Shown: piece by piece, positions 48,204 to 57,456 of the stretch
Numbering within the stretch: the first letter of the stretch is position 1
How the letters are laid out: each line of letters starts with the position of its first letter
Source of the DNA: Bacteroidaceae bacterium
GTDB lineage: Bacteria; Bacteroidota; Bacteroidia; Bacteroidales; Bacteroidaceae
NCBI GenBank assembly: GCA_016280445.1
Contig: JAEEGS010000040.1
Location: forward strand, 53,998-117,997
Direction: 5' to 3'
Length of the DNA: 64,000 nt
Made by a program: the position numbers and the translations under genes
Notes under the pieces: model-generated
Told to the model about the DNA's origin: nothing
What the model saw: the letters and a program-made list of their open reading frames with translations, nothing else
The model's database searches: none

Positions 48204-49229
48204 TCATTCCAACTCTGGCCATCCGTCCGAGCTCCATCGGATAGGGCGCTGAATGAGCATGGCTGCACCGTCGCGGGTGGCGCTGTAGCCGTGGCAGATG
48301 AAGATGTCCTCATCGCCAAAAGTGTAGGCGGCACAGTGACCGGCTGCCTCCCATTCCTTTTTGTCGCCTTCCAGGAAGAGGGTGCCACCACCGTTAGCCA
48401 TATCCTTGCCCGAACGGTCGAGATAGGGGCCTTCGACGCTCTTGCTGCGTCCCACGGCTACGCGGTAGTTGCTTTTGGCACCTCGGCAGCAGTAGTCCCA
48501 GGAGACAAACAGATAGTAGTAGCCCCCATGCTTGAAGATGAATGGGGCCTCGATGGCGTTCGTGCCGGCAAAGCGTGATGTGGGATTCGGCTCTGTGGGC
48601 TTGAAGCTAGGGTCGTAGCGTCGGGCGACGGTGCGAGGTTTTACACCCTGGGCAATGTGCATGGTGGAGTCGAGACGTGCCAATTGGATACCGTCCCAAA
48701 ATGAGCCCCAGACAAGCCAGGGGGTGTCGGTGGTGTCGTCGATGACGAAATTAGGGTCGATGGCGTTCCAGTTGTCACGTTTCTCGCGGGAGGTGACGAT
48801 GCACCCCTCGTCTTTCCACATGTTGGAACTGAGCGAGCGGCTGCTCAGCAAACCGATGGCCGATCCGTTCTTGCCGAAGGTGGAGCAACTGTAGGCCATC
48901 CACCAACGGCCGTGCCACTGAATCACATCGGGTGCCCAGACATGATTGCCGAAGCCAGGAACTGAGTCGGTTGTCCAGCCAGGAATGACGGTCATCACAG
49001 GAGTGCGTAAAACCGTCCAGATCTTGCGGTCTTGCGACACCATCTGCTGGATGCCCATGCCTGTGGCGTAGATGTAATACGTGTCACCATCCTTGGCCAT
49101 GACTGGGTCGTGAACCATAGGTGTCTCTGTGCAGAAATCCTCGCGTGGGAAGAATCGACGTGCCCCCTGTGCAGCGGCTGTCTGACAAATGGCCACAAAG
49201 ACCATCGTAAGGAGAAAAACTTTATTCAT
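48204..49229 (-). CDS. GH43 glycoside hydrolase, endo-1,5-alpha-L-arabinanase-like, secreted
   Basis: Signal peptide MNKVFLLTMVFVAICQTAAAQ. VHDPVMAKDGDTYYIYATG and WAPDV motifs of the GH43 five-bladed propeller. The start is set at ATG 49229. Confidence 0.8.
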   Translation of the reverse strand: MNKVFLLTMVFVAICQTAAAQGARRFFPREDFCTETPMVHDPVMAKDGDTYYIYATGMGIQQMVSQDRKIWTVLRTPVMTVIPGWTTDSVPGFGNHVWAPDVIQWHGRWWMAYSCSTFGKNGSAIGLLSSRSLSSNMWKDEGCIVTSREKRDNWNAIDPNFVIDDTTDTPWLVWGSFWDGIQLARLDSTMHIAQGVKPRTVARRYDPSFKPTEPNPTSRFAGTNAIEAPFIFKHGGYYYLFVSWDYCCRGAKSNYRVAVGRSKSVEGPYLDRSGKDMANGGGTLFLEGDKKEWEAAGHCAAYTFGDEDIFICHGYSATRDGAAMLIQRPIRWSSDGWPELE

Positions 49230-49272
49230 AAATGGATAGCATAAAAAGGTATGATTGTTAGTTTTCTGCCTG

Positions 49273-49280
49273 CAAAGGTA
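49273..49280 (-). promoter_or_regulatory. -7 box TAccTTTG (minus strand) upstream of the GH43 gene
   Basis: CAAAGGTA on the plus strand, ~45 nt from ATG 49229. Confidence 0.5.
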
Positions 49281-49375
49281 TTGTATTCTTTTCGTTTGAT
49301 GATGAAAAATATGCCCAAATATTTGTAAAAATGTAACTTTATGGGGTGGAAGACCATTTGTCGATAAAAAAAATG

Positions 49376-49383
49376 TATCTTTG
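49376..49383 (+). promoter_or_regulatory. -7 box TAtcTTTG upstream of the AraC-type sensor gene
   Basis: Exact TAnnTTTG match, 24 nt before ATG 49407. Confidence 0.5.
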
Positions 49384-49406
49384 CATCGCAAAAATAGCGG
49401 AACATC

Positions 49407-51272
49407 ATGAAGCGACATATCATCACCATACTGTTGAACCTCCTTGTGCTGACCAGCATGAAGGGGCAGCATTGTGTCCGTTTCGAACTGCCCAACCAAG
49501 AACAGTTGTCGTCAGAACGGGTGTTGCAGGTGCTGCAGGATGCAGAAGGGTTTCTTTGGTATGCGACAGAAGGTGGTGGCGTGTGTCGTGACGATGGGCG
49601 GCAGATGGTCGTGTTCCGCAGCGACGCTGAGCATCCCGACCTTTTGGGAAGCAACGATGTGGCATGTTTGGCCGAAGCTGCTGGGCGATACATCCTCATT
49701 GGAACATTTCACGGGGCATACGTGTTGGATAAGCAGGACTATGCCATCCGTCGGCTGATGGAGGTGGATGACAAGCGGGTGGATGACATCATTGTGACGG
49801 CCAATGGCCATTGGTGGATGACGGCCAACAAGAAAGTATATGAGTATGCTGATGACGGTCGGCTGCTGAAGAGATACCCCACTGGTGATAAGTATCTCGC
49901 CCGTTTGCACGAAGACAGGCAAGGGCGGATATGGGCTTCGCAGTGGGATGGGGGATTGATTAAACTCGATGGTGAAAAGTTCGTACCCGCCCCCTGGCCA
50001 CTGGATGCTGCTCCGACAGCCATCGACGATGACTCTCTGACCAATGCTTTGCTCATTGGCACCATCGGCAAGGGTGTGGTGCGTTATCAGCCTGAAAGTG
50101 GAACGATAGAATTGACAGAGCCGAAAGACAGCATCTGCATGAGCCGCGTCACCCTCGACCTTCAGGGACGATGTCTTGTGGCCGACGGGCAGGGGAATTG
50201 CTTCGTTCTCAGTGGGAGTGGGGAACAGCGGTCGTGGTTCGAGGGTGTCATCTTCACGAGAAATATTGCTGACTCCGTGCGCACAGCCCGTAATCTGTCG
50301 ACTCGTCCCACCGCTATTGCCGTCAGCGAAGCAGGAGACTTATGGTTCAGCACTGGCAAGGATATTCGTCTGATGAGGCAAGGTGAGGAAATGGTGGTGC
50401 TCAGTGACACGAAAGATGTATCGGCCATGACTTTCACGGAGGATGGAACTTTGTGGCTTGCCACTATCTTCGGCACTGTGATGACCTACAAAGATGGACA
50501 ACTCGCCATCGACGAGTACGCCTCGAATGAATACGGCGATGCCGTGACACATCTGGAGGTTGACAGCCGCGGGCGTCTGTTGCTGGTCAGCGACCGCTAT
50601 GTTCGTCTCTACGACCCTGTTCGCCACACGCTTCGTCAGCAGAGTCGTGAGGCAGCGGGTGTCTATAGCATTGAACTGGAGGAGACTACTTCTGGTAATC
50701 GATGGAGCCAGCCACAGGCAGACCCCGTCGTGGAGCGGATGCCTCAGTGGGTATGGTGGATACTGGCCGCACTCTTCTTAATGCTCTCAGCACTCATCGG
50801 CTATATCTGGTTCCTGCGTGGTCAGCGCAAGCGCTTCCTTGCTGTCATGACTAAGGAGGTGACAGTTCAAGAGCAGCCTGCCGACAGTCCGCCTGCTGAT
50901 GAGCAACCTGATTTTTCAGACGAATGGCTACAAAGTGCCATTGCCCAAGTGGAAGCACATCTGAGCGAAGAAACTTACAGCGTAGAACAACTGTCCAGCG
51001 ACCTGTGCATGAGCCGCATGACCTTCTATCGCAAGATACAGTCGGCAACAGGTCAGAAACCTACTGAATTCATGCGCACCATCCGTCTGCGTCGTGCTGC
51101 CGAACTGCTGCACGAAGGTCGCTTGACCATCTCCGAAATCAGTGTCGATACAGGTTTCTCGTCTGTCAGTTATTTCAGTCGTTGCTTCCGCACGATGTAT
51201 GGTGTGCCGCCCACACAATTTGGCAAGGCAACAACTGCCGACGATCGGTTGCCCAGCGAGAATCCCAACTGA
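49407..51272 (+). CDS. One-component sensor/regulator: periplasmic beta-propeller (two-component-regulator propeller type), a TM helix and an AraC-family HTH; no kinase or receiver domain
   Basis: Propeller-like repeats (LQDAEGFLWYATEGGGV...), TM helix WVWWILAALFLMLSALIGYIWFL, and a C-terminal AraC HTH (...SVSYFSRCFRTMYGVPPTQF). Confidence 0.8.
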   Translation: MKRHIITILLNLLVLTSMKGQHCVRFELPNQEQLSSERVLQVLQDAEGFLWYATEGGGVCRDDGRQMVVFRSDAEHPDLLGSNDVACLAEAAGRYILIGTFHGAYVLDKQDYAIRRLMEVDDKRVDDIIVTANGHWWMTANKKVYEYADDGRLLKRYPTGDKYLARLHEDRQGRIWASQWDGGLIKLDGEKFVPAPWPLDAAPTAIDDDSLTNALLIGTIGKGVVRYQPESGTIELTEPKDSICMSRVTLDLQGRCLVADGQGNCFVLSGSGEQRSWFEGVIFTRNIADSVRTARNLSTRPTAIAVSEAGDLWFSTGKDIRLMRQGEEMVVLSDTKDVSAMTFTEDGTLWLATIFGTVMTYKDGQLAIDEYASNEYGDAVTHLEVDSRGRLLLVSDRYVRLYDPVRHTLRQQSREAAGVYSIELEETTSGNRWSQPQADPVVERMPQWVWWILAALFLMLSALIGYIWFLRGQRKRFLAVMTKEVTVQEQPADSPPADEQPDFSDEWLQSAIAQVEAHLSEETYSVEQLSSDLCMSRMTFYRKIQSATGQKPTEFMRTIRLRRAAELLHEGRLTISEISVDTGFSSVSYFSRCFRTMYGVPPTQFGKATTADDRLPSENPN

Positions 51273-53011
51273 GACTGGGGCACTCTGCGGATGAACACCC
51301 CCGAGAGGCTGTAAACATCTACCATTTCGTCATCATTGCCGATGCGCTGATTCTTGATACCTGTTGCGTCAGATAGTGATGGAGCTATCTGTCCCTCCAA
51401 GGGGAAGATGCGTAGCCATGCTATGTCAGGCAAGCCATATTTGCTGGTTGCCGTCAGCATGAGTGTTTGATTACCGTTCTCGGCCACTTCGATATCTTGT
51501 TTCAGATAGTCATCCTGTTTTTTTGTGAAATGAAATCGACCAATGCTGTCGCCATTGATCCATATCCCCGTACCACAAGTATTTGTGGCTGTGTATTTGA
51601 ACAGCAACCTGTATTTTCCAGGGGCATTCACCATCATGTTCCAGTTGGCAGAACCTCCTATCTGTGTACCATTGGTTACGGTGGGGTCATCCAGTTGAGT
51701 TGACTCACCAGTGAAGAAAGTCAGGGTGTCAGACATCTGTGTGAATTTGTCGGTGTCAGTAACCTTTACCCATACCGTATGTACACCTGGTTCCGACACT
51801 TCCACAGGCAGTTCGTAGGGTGAATCGGTCACCTTGCCCACCAATCGCTTGTCAAGATAGAAAGCCACTGTATTCGTGCGCTTCCTGATGTGTTTCACAT
51901 CAGCCTTCAGTGTCAGGTTGTTGGCAGCATGTTCTTCTTGAGCCGGTGCAGTTATCTTCGCGCTCATCAACCACGACACTTCCGTGTGCTTCACACCAAG
52001 GAAGGCATCCATCATCACCGTAGGCTTTTTGCTTGCCTCGTCCCAAGCCCCCATGTCATAGCCACCCATCGATTCAGGCTCCCAATAGAAGCAGCCTAAA
52101 TCACCGTTCTTGATCATTTTGTCCATCACGCCAACGAGATACTGGTTGCCCTCAATGGCTTTATTGGGATAGTGACCTGTTTCCACCACCATGCAGGGAG
52201 TGCCGTAGCGCTTTTTCAAGTCGTTGATGTTGGCCATTACCTTCGTAATCATTGTGGGACCATCCAAGTGCGACCATCGGGGATAGGCAGACAAACCGAT
52301 GATGTCCCATTTGGCACCGTTTTTCTTTAATCCGTCGAAAATGCTACGGTAGAGTGAATTGTCGTGACCATCGGGAAGGTGGACGATGACCTGCATCGAT
52401 GGGTCAACGGCTTTCACGGCATTGTAGCCGCTCAGCACGAACTTTGCGAAGGCCACCGAACCGCCTTTGTTCGTTTGTCCTACGGGGTAGAGCATGCCGC
52501 GTTTTGTTTCGTTGCCCACTTGCACCCACTTCGGTGTGACGCCCGCTGCCTTGATGGCCGAGAGCACGTCGTAGGTGTGGTCGTACACATTCTTGGACAG
52601 CGCCTCCACGCTGTGGTCTGTCCATGCAGCAGGAATGGTTTGGCTGCCTGGGTCGGCCCATGTGTCGCTGTAGTGGAAGTCTATCATCACCCCCATGCCC
52701 TTCGCCTTGGCTCGCTTGCACATGTTCACTACCTCCTGCTTGCTGCTGGCTCCGCTGCTCACCGTCCACACACGCAGGCGGATGTTGTTGACGCCCTGTT
52801 CTTTCAGAATTTGCAGGATGTCTTTCTGCTTGCCGTTCTTGTCGAGCCATCTCGTGCCCCAACTTTCCATTTGCGGTACGAAACTCACATCGGCACCGAA
52901 GGCAAAATCCTCATGGTCGTAGCGGTGAAAGAGAGTGTCAGTTACAGTGATGGCATGCGCGCCGATAGCCAGCCATGCCGTCATGAGTGTTAGTAGAAGA
53001 TTTCGTTTCAT
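51170..53011 (-). CDS. GH53 endo-beta-1,4-galactanase with C-terminal carbohydrate-binding/Ig-like modules and a T9SS-type C-terminal sorting domain
   Basis: GH53 catalytic region (IRLRVW, WVQVGNE acid/base, MVVETGH nucleophile). The C-terminus DVYSLSGVFIRRV...GTPYIVRKQRLK resembles Por-secretion tails. Confidence 0.8.
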   Translation of the reverse strand: MKRNLLLTLMTAWLAIGAHAITVTDTLFHRYDHEDFAFGADVSFVPQMESWGTRWLDKNGKQKDILQILKEQGVNNIRLRVWTVSSGASSKQEVVNMCKRAKAKGMGVMIDFHYSDTWADPGSQTIPAAWTDHSVEALSKNVYDHTYDVLSAIKAAGVTPKWVQVGNETKRGMLYPVGQTNKGGSVAFAKFVLSGYNAVKAVDPSMQVIVHLPDGHDNSLYRSIFDGLKKNGAKWDIIGLSAYPRWSHLDGPTMITKVMANINDLKKRYGTPCMVVETGHYPNKAIEGNQYLVGVMDKMIKNGDLGCFYWEPESMGGYDMGAWDEASKKPTVMMDAFLGVKHTEVSWLMSAKITAPAQEEHAANNLTLKADVKHIRKRTNTVAFYLDKRLVGKVTDSPYELPVEVSEPGVHTVWVKVTDTDKFTQMSDTLTFFTGESTQLDDPTVTNGTQIGGSANWNMMVNAPGKYRLLFKYTATNTCGTGIWINGDSIGRFHFTKKQDDYLKQDIEVAENGNQTLMLTATSKYGLPDIAWLRIFPLEGQIAPSLSDATGIKNQRIGNDDEMVDVYSLSGVFIRRVPQSQLGFSLGNRSSAVVALPNCVGGTPYIVRKQRLK

Positions 53012-53046
53012 TTTTGTTTAATAATTAGTCAAGTAATTTGATAAAA

Positions 53047-53085
53047 AGCCTGCTGCAAAGGTACGTCTTTCCTTTGCAGCAGGCT
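53047..53085 (-). terminator. Hairpin terminator for the esterase gene that also embeds the -7 box of the downstream GH53 gene
   Basis: 15-bp stem AGCCTGCTGCAAAGG / CCTTTGCAGCAGGCT. On the minus strand it is followed by TTTTTAT. The minus strand reads GTACCTTTGCAGC (TAccTTTG at 53056-53063). Confidence 0.65.
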
Positions 53086-53133
53086 TTCACAGTTGTAACA
53101 ACCGGATGAAAACATGTAACAATTGTTCCCTTC

Positions 53134-54777
53134 CTACAAATTCTTTCTTAGAAACTTCACGATATGCTCGTTGGCTTTGACATGAGTGATGGAGGCAGGG
53201 AACCCATGAGCACCATTAGGCACCACATTCACCTCACAACTGCGATAGGTTTGGCGGGCACGCTCCATATAGTCACCAGCAGCAATGGGGTCTTTGTCAC
53301 CATACACAATCATGACGTTACCCTGGTACTTTTTCATCTCGTCAAACACTTTGTAGCCCACCAACTGGTCATAGTAGATGTGCGACAAAGGCATGCCCAT
53401 CACCTCTACTCCCGTCTCGGAGGTGATGGCCTCTTTGGGGTGTACATTGACGGCATGCTCTGCAATCATGAGAGCAGGGTAGACCAGCACAACCGCCTTG
53501 AACGCTTCGGGCATTTGCGATGAGGCAATGGCAGCAACCAGTCCGCCTTGGCTACAGCCCAGCAATGCCATTCTGTCCGTATCGACAAAGTCCCACGTCT
53601 TGACCGTTTCCACGATGGCGGCCACATCGTCAGCCTCAGTAAAGACTGACATCTCCGTAGTTTTACCCTCGCTGCGACTCTTTACAGCACCTCCGCAGAA
53701 ATCGAAAATGTAGGCGGCAATCCCATTCATGGCCAGTGTTTGGGCATAAGCCTCCGTTTCGTGGAAGGAAGAGTTGTAGCCGTGGGCAAGAATGGCAATA
53801 GGTTTTTTCGCCTGGCCGTTGTGGGGCAGATAGAGTTTGCCGAAGATGTTCTGGTTTTTGTGGTTGGTGCAGTGCACCTCCATCACCGCGAAAGGCTCGT
53901 TCACAAAGCCCTTCATGGACTCTTTCGAGCGCATGGTCCATTCGGGGAACTGGTCAAGTTGGTTCTTCAAGAAGATGTCACCGCAGTCAGTGTTTCCCTT
54001 CAGTTGCCAGTCCAACCAAGCCGTCAGCATACGGGCGAAACTGCCACCATAGGACTGGTCGAAATCTCCTCCATGACCAGCCGTCAAGTGGTTGGCAAAA
54101 GCCACAAACACATGGTCGATGCGTGCATAGTCTTTCACCGCATTCCCATAAGCCACGTCACCCTCACCTCCTGGCATATACAGAATAGGAGCATGGAGCC
54201 TACTGAGCGATTCGCGGCTGGCTCCCGACATCTCCATATCGCCCATGCCCGAATTGACCATCACCGTGGTCTTCACACGCGCATCGCTGCTGGCCACCAA
54301 CGCTTGCGCCCCGCCACACGACTGTCCAGCCACGGCAATCTTCTCCACATCCACCACATCGTGGTATTCACTACTTTTCTTCGATGCCTGCTTGGCTATC
54401 CAATCCATCGCTTGTACCATCTGCTCGTTGGGCGATTTCTTTAGAGGACGGTCATCAATACGTTGCTGCATGCTGCCCAAAGCGATGACCACATAGCCAT
54501 GTGATGCCACCTCGTTCAGCATCCGCTCGTGGGGCAGCGACGTGTCGTTGCAACCACCATTCGCCCACACCAGTACGGGTAACTTACCCTCTTTCGCTGC
54601 CACCTTCATGTCTATAGGCTTGTAGATGACCGCATCCCTGAATGTCTTTTCCTCGCGGGCCTCTGCCTTGTAGGCTCCACTGCCACCATTGTCGATGGTC
54701 TTCTGTTTCACTTGTCCCTGCATGGCCAGAGGTAGCAGCCACGCCAGCAAGAAAGTCGAAAATAAGATTCTTTTCAT
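53134..54777 (-). CDS. Secreted tandem alpha/beta-hydrolase (two esterase modules)
   Basis: Signal peptide and two nucleophile elbows, GQSCGG (N-module) and GCSQGG (C-module), each within a dienelactone-hydrolase/esterase-like context. Confidence 0.7.
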   Translation of the reverse strand: MKRILFSTFLLAWLLPLAMQGQVKQKTIDNGGSGAYKAEAREEKTFRDAVIYKPIDMKVAAKEGKLPVLVWANGGCNDTSLPHERMLNEVASHGYVVIALGSMQQRIDDRPLKKSPNEQMVQAMDWIAKQASKKSSEYHDVVDVEKIAVAGQSCGGAQALVASSDARVKTTVMVNSGMGDMEMSGASRESLSRLHAPILYMPGGEGDVAYGNAVKDYARIDHVFVAFANHLTAGHGGDFDQSYGGSFARMLTAWLDWQLKGNTDCGDIFLKNQLDQFPEWTMRSKESMKGFVNEPFAVMEVHCTNHKNQNIFGKLYLPHNGQAKKPIAILAHGYNSSFHETEAYAQTLAMNGIAAYIFDFCGGAVKSRSEGKTTEMSVFTEADDVAAIVETVKTWDFVDTDRMALLGCSQGGLVAAIASSQMPEAFKAVVLVYPALMIAEHAVNVHPKEAITSETGVEVMGMPLSHIYYDQLVGYKVFDEMKKYQGNVMIVYGDKDPIAAGDYMERARQTYRSCEVNVVPNGAHGFPASITHVKANEHIVKFLRKNL

Positions 54778-54789
54778 TACTTCTTCTTT

Positions 54790-55896
54790 TTATTTGTTTT
54801 CTATAAATCCGTCCATAATGGCAGTGGGCTTGCCTTTGCTGTCAAACGCTCCCAGTTTATAGCCTCCAGGTCGACACTGAGGTTCCCAGTAGAACACACC
54901 ACGGCAATGGCCTCCTGTTTCGTTGCGGGCTTCGCGGATGACTCGCGCCAACTGACGTCGTCCTTCCTCCATGATTTCGGGATGCTGCTCATTCACTTCG
55001 TAGCCTGTCTCCACAATCATCACGTCGCAACCGTATTTCTCGCTCACATGGCGGATGTTCTTGATGCAGTTGGTGATGATGTCGTCGGCATTCAATTCAG
55101 GATGTCCTTCCATAGCCCAATAGGGATAGAGCGACATGCCCACCATGTCGAACTTGCCGCCATATTTCAGCACTGTGTCGAGGTTCCAGTCGTAGATGTC
55201 CTGCCGATGTCCACGGTCGAGGTGGACAATGACGATGGCTTTTGGGAAAACTTCCTTCACGGCATCGTAACCAGCACGGATAAATCCGGCATACTGTTGA
55301 GGCTCAGTCTTGATGTGACCCATGCTATGGGTGATGGTGGTGTGACCTTGTGCATCCTTCACTTCCCAGCCCTGCTCATTGGTCTTCACGCTCCAAAGCA
55401 TGCCGTTCGTGGTCTCGTTTCCCACCTGCACCCAGCGAGGCTCGATGCCGTTCTCCTTCAGCAGCGATAGCACCTCGATGGTGTGGTTTCTCACGTCCTG
55501 CTTCATCTCTTCAAATGAGTGTCCGAGCCAAGCCCTCGGGATGGGTTGCTTGCCGGGGTCTGCCCATGAGTCACTGTAGTGGAAGTCCACCATCAGGTCC
55601 ATGTCCAGCGCCTTCACCCGTTTAGCCATCGCCAAGAGTTCATTCTTGTCGCATGAACCACCACGGGGATTCACCCAGACACGCATGCGGATGGCTGACA
55701 TCTGGTAATCATTCTTCAGCAGTTCCAGACACTCGCGTTCTGTGCCTCGGACATCGTAGAATTTTTGTCCTTGACGCTCCTGTCCTGTAAGGAAGCCCAC
55801 ATCGGCACCTTTCACGAAGTCCTTGTCACCCTCCTGTGCTTTTAACAGCACTGTCTGTAACAACAGACATACTACAATAATAATCCTTATATTCAT
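54790..55896 (-). CDS. GH53 endo-beta-1,4-galactanase, secreted
   Basis: Signal peptide, plus IRMRVWVNP, WVQVGNETTNG and MIVETGY. Confidence 0.88.
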   Translation of the reverse strand: MNIRIIIVVCLLLQTVLLKAQEGDKDFVKGADVGFLTGQERQGQKFYDVRGTERECLELLKNDYQMSAIRMRVWVNPRGGSCDKNELLAMAKRVKALDMDLMVDFHYSDSWADPGKQPIPRAWLGHSFEEMKQDVRNHTIEVLSLLKENGIEPRWVQVGNETTNGMLWSVKTNEQGWEVKDAQGHTTITHSMGHIKTEPQQYAGFIRAGYDAVKEVFPKAIVIVHLDRGHRQDIYDWNLDTVLKYGGKFDMVGMSLYPYWAMEGHPELNADDIITNCIKNIRHVSEKYGCDVMIVETGYEVNEQHPEIMEEGRRQLARVIREARNETGGHCRGVFYWEPQCRPGGYKLGAFDSKGKPTAIMDGFIENK

Positions 55897-55971
55897 ATTC
55901 GTTTCTTATTTATTTGCTGACTTTCACACGCATGATGGCAATCCGTGTGTTATAGTTAGTAAAACTGGCCA

Positions 55972-55979
55972 CAAAGGTA
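55972..55979 (-). promoter_or_regulatory. -7 box TAccTTTG (minus strand) upstream of the GH53 gene
   Basis: CAAAGGTA on the plus strand, ~75 nt from the start at 55896. Confidence 0.5.
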
Positions 55980-56095
55980 CACAAGTTCGTTGTATTGCCG
56001 ATGAACTATTTGCCCAAACGTTTGCAAATATGTAACAATGGACGGTAATCTGTTATTTTTACGTGTGTTTTTGTCATTATTACACATATAGTTAT

Positions 56096-56103
56096 TATAT
56101 TTG
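56096..56103 (+). promoter_or_regulatory. -7 box TAtaTTTG upstream of the DUF4861-like gene
   Basis: Exact TAnnTTTG match, 24 nt before ATG 56127. Confidence 0.5.
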
Positions 56104-56126
56104 CAAGGAAAAAAAATGATTGACCA

Positions 56127-57371
56127 ATGAAAAAGACCTTTTTACTGACCCTCGTATGCCTGTTGGCTGCAGCAGCCTATGCTGCCAATCGTGTAACCAT
56201 TTCCGTGTCCAACCCCATCTCTTCTGCCCGTCTGGAGATAGTGGAGGTGGATGTGACTGCCCTCCAGATGCTGCCCGAGGCCGACAAAGACTTCGTTGTG
56301 ACCGATGCAGGTGGCAAGGAGATTCCCTCGCAGGTGACTTGGGACGGGAAACTCATCTTCCAGGCAGGAGTGGCTGGCAAGGGAAAATCGTTGTATTATG
56401 CACAAAAAGGCTCTCCACAGAACTATGAGGTAAAGGCGAAAGGACGTCTCTTCATCGAGCGTCAGGACGAGTTTGGCTGGGAGAACGACCGTGTGGCCTA
56501 CCGTGTGTATGGACATGGCGGCGCTGTGGGATACGACCTCTTCAACAAGAGCACCTCCGACCTCATGCTCGACTACTGGTATGCCTCTGAGCAGAATCAG
56601 GAAATGCGCTCGGTGAGCAAGCAACTGCACGACCGTGGTTACCACGACTTGGCCGACCAGGTGTACAACGCCTATTGCTACCACATCGACCACGGAAAGG
56701 GCATGGATTGCTACACCGTAGGGCCTACCCTCGGAGGTGGGGCCAACGCCCTTCTCAATGCCGATGGAACCCTCTTCATGCCCAAGTGCTACAAGTCTTT
56801 CGAGATTCTCGACCAGGGGCCACTCCGCTTCACCGTTCGCTTCACCTATCCCGAGCAGGACTTCAATGGGGAGAAAGTGACCGAAGTGCGCATCATCTCG
56901 CTCGATGCAGGCAGCCATTTCAACCGTGTCAGCATCACCTATCAGGGCTTGACAAAACCATCGAAGATGGCGGCAGGAACCGTCATCCACAAGTCTAATC
57001 CCTCAGCCTATGTGCTCTCTCAGGAGAATGGCTATCTGGGTTATGAAGATTTGGGCGATGCTTCCGTCTATAACGCCAAATACAAGGACGAACTGGCCAA
57101 GCAGATGGGAAAAATCTACATCGGGCTGCTCTTCCCCGACAAGGGCATCCTCACCACCTATCAGGCTCGCGAGAACGGCATCGCTACTGGCCACATCCTC
57201 GCCACCACCACCTACAAGCCCGCCACATCCTACACCTACTACTTTGGTTCTGGATGGGACAAGAACCCCAACACAGGCTTCCGTTCCCTCACCGACTGGG
57301 AAGCCCATCTGAGCCAATCCGCACAATGCGTGAGAACCCCACTGATAGTAAAATTGAGAAATAAAGGTTAA
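56127..57371 (+). CDS. Secreted DUF4861-like protein (associated with pectin/galactan loci)
   Basis: Signal peptide. The FGWENDRVAYRVYG motif is remembered as typical of DUF4861. The last 8 codons (IVKLRNKG-stop) are encoded by repeat B1. Confidence 0.6.
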   Translation: MKKTFLLTLVCLLAAAAYAANRVTISVSNPISSARLEIVEVDVTALQMLPEADKDFVVTDAGGKEIPSQVTWDGKLIFQAGVAGKGKSLYYAQKGSPQNYEVKAKGRLFIERQDEFGWENDRVAYRVYGHGGAVGYDLFNKSTSDLMLDYWYASEQNQEMRSVSKQLHDRGYHDLADQVYNAYCYHIDHGKGMDCYTVGPTLGGGANALLNADGTLFMPKCYKSFEILDQGPLRFTVRFTYPEQDFNGEKVTEVRIISLDAGSHFNRVSITYQGLTKPSKMAAGTVIHKSNPSAYVLSQENGYLGYEDLGDASVYNAKYKDELAKQMGKIYIGLLFPDKGILTTYQARENGIATGHILATTTYKPATSYTYYFGSGWDKNPNTGFRSLTDWEAHLSQSAQCVRTPLIVKLRNKG

Positions 57372-57456
57372 AGTTTAAGGGTTAAAGACCATGCGGTTTG
57401 TTTTTCAACATCGCGTTAGCCTTTCTTTAAACTTTAAACTGTAAACTCTAAACTTT
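57344..57456 (+). repeat. Family B intergenic repeat, copy B1
   Basis: GATAGTAAAATTGAGAAATAAAGGTTAAAGTTTAAGGGTTAAAGACCATGCGG...GCGTTAGCCTTTCTTTAAACTTTAAACTGTAAACTCTAAACTTT. The arms are partly complementary. It ends exactly at ATG 57457. Confidence 0.85.
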
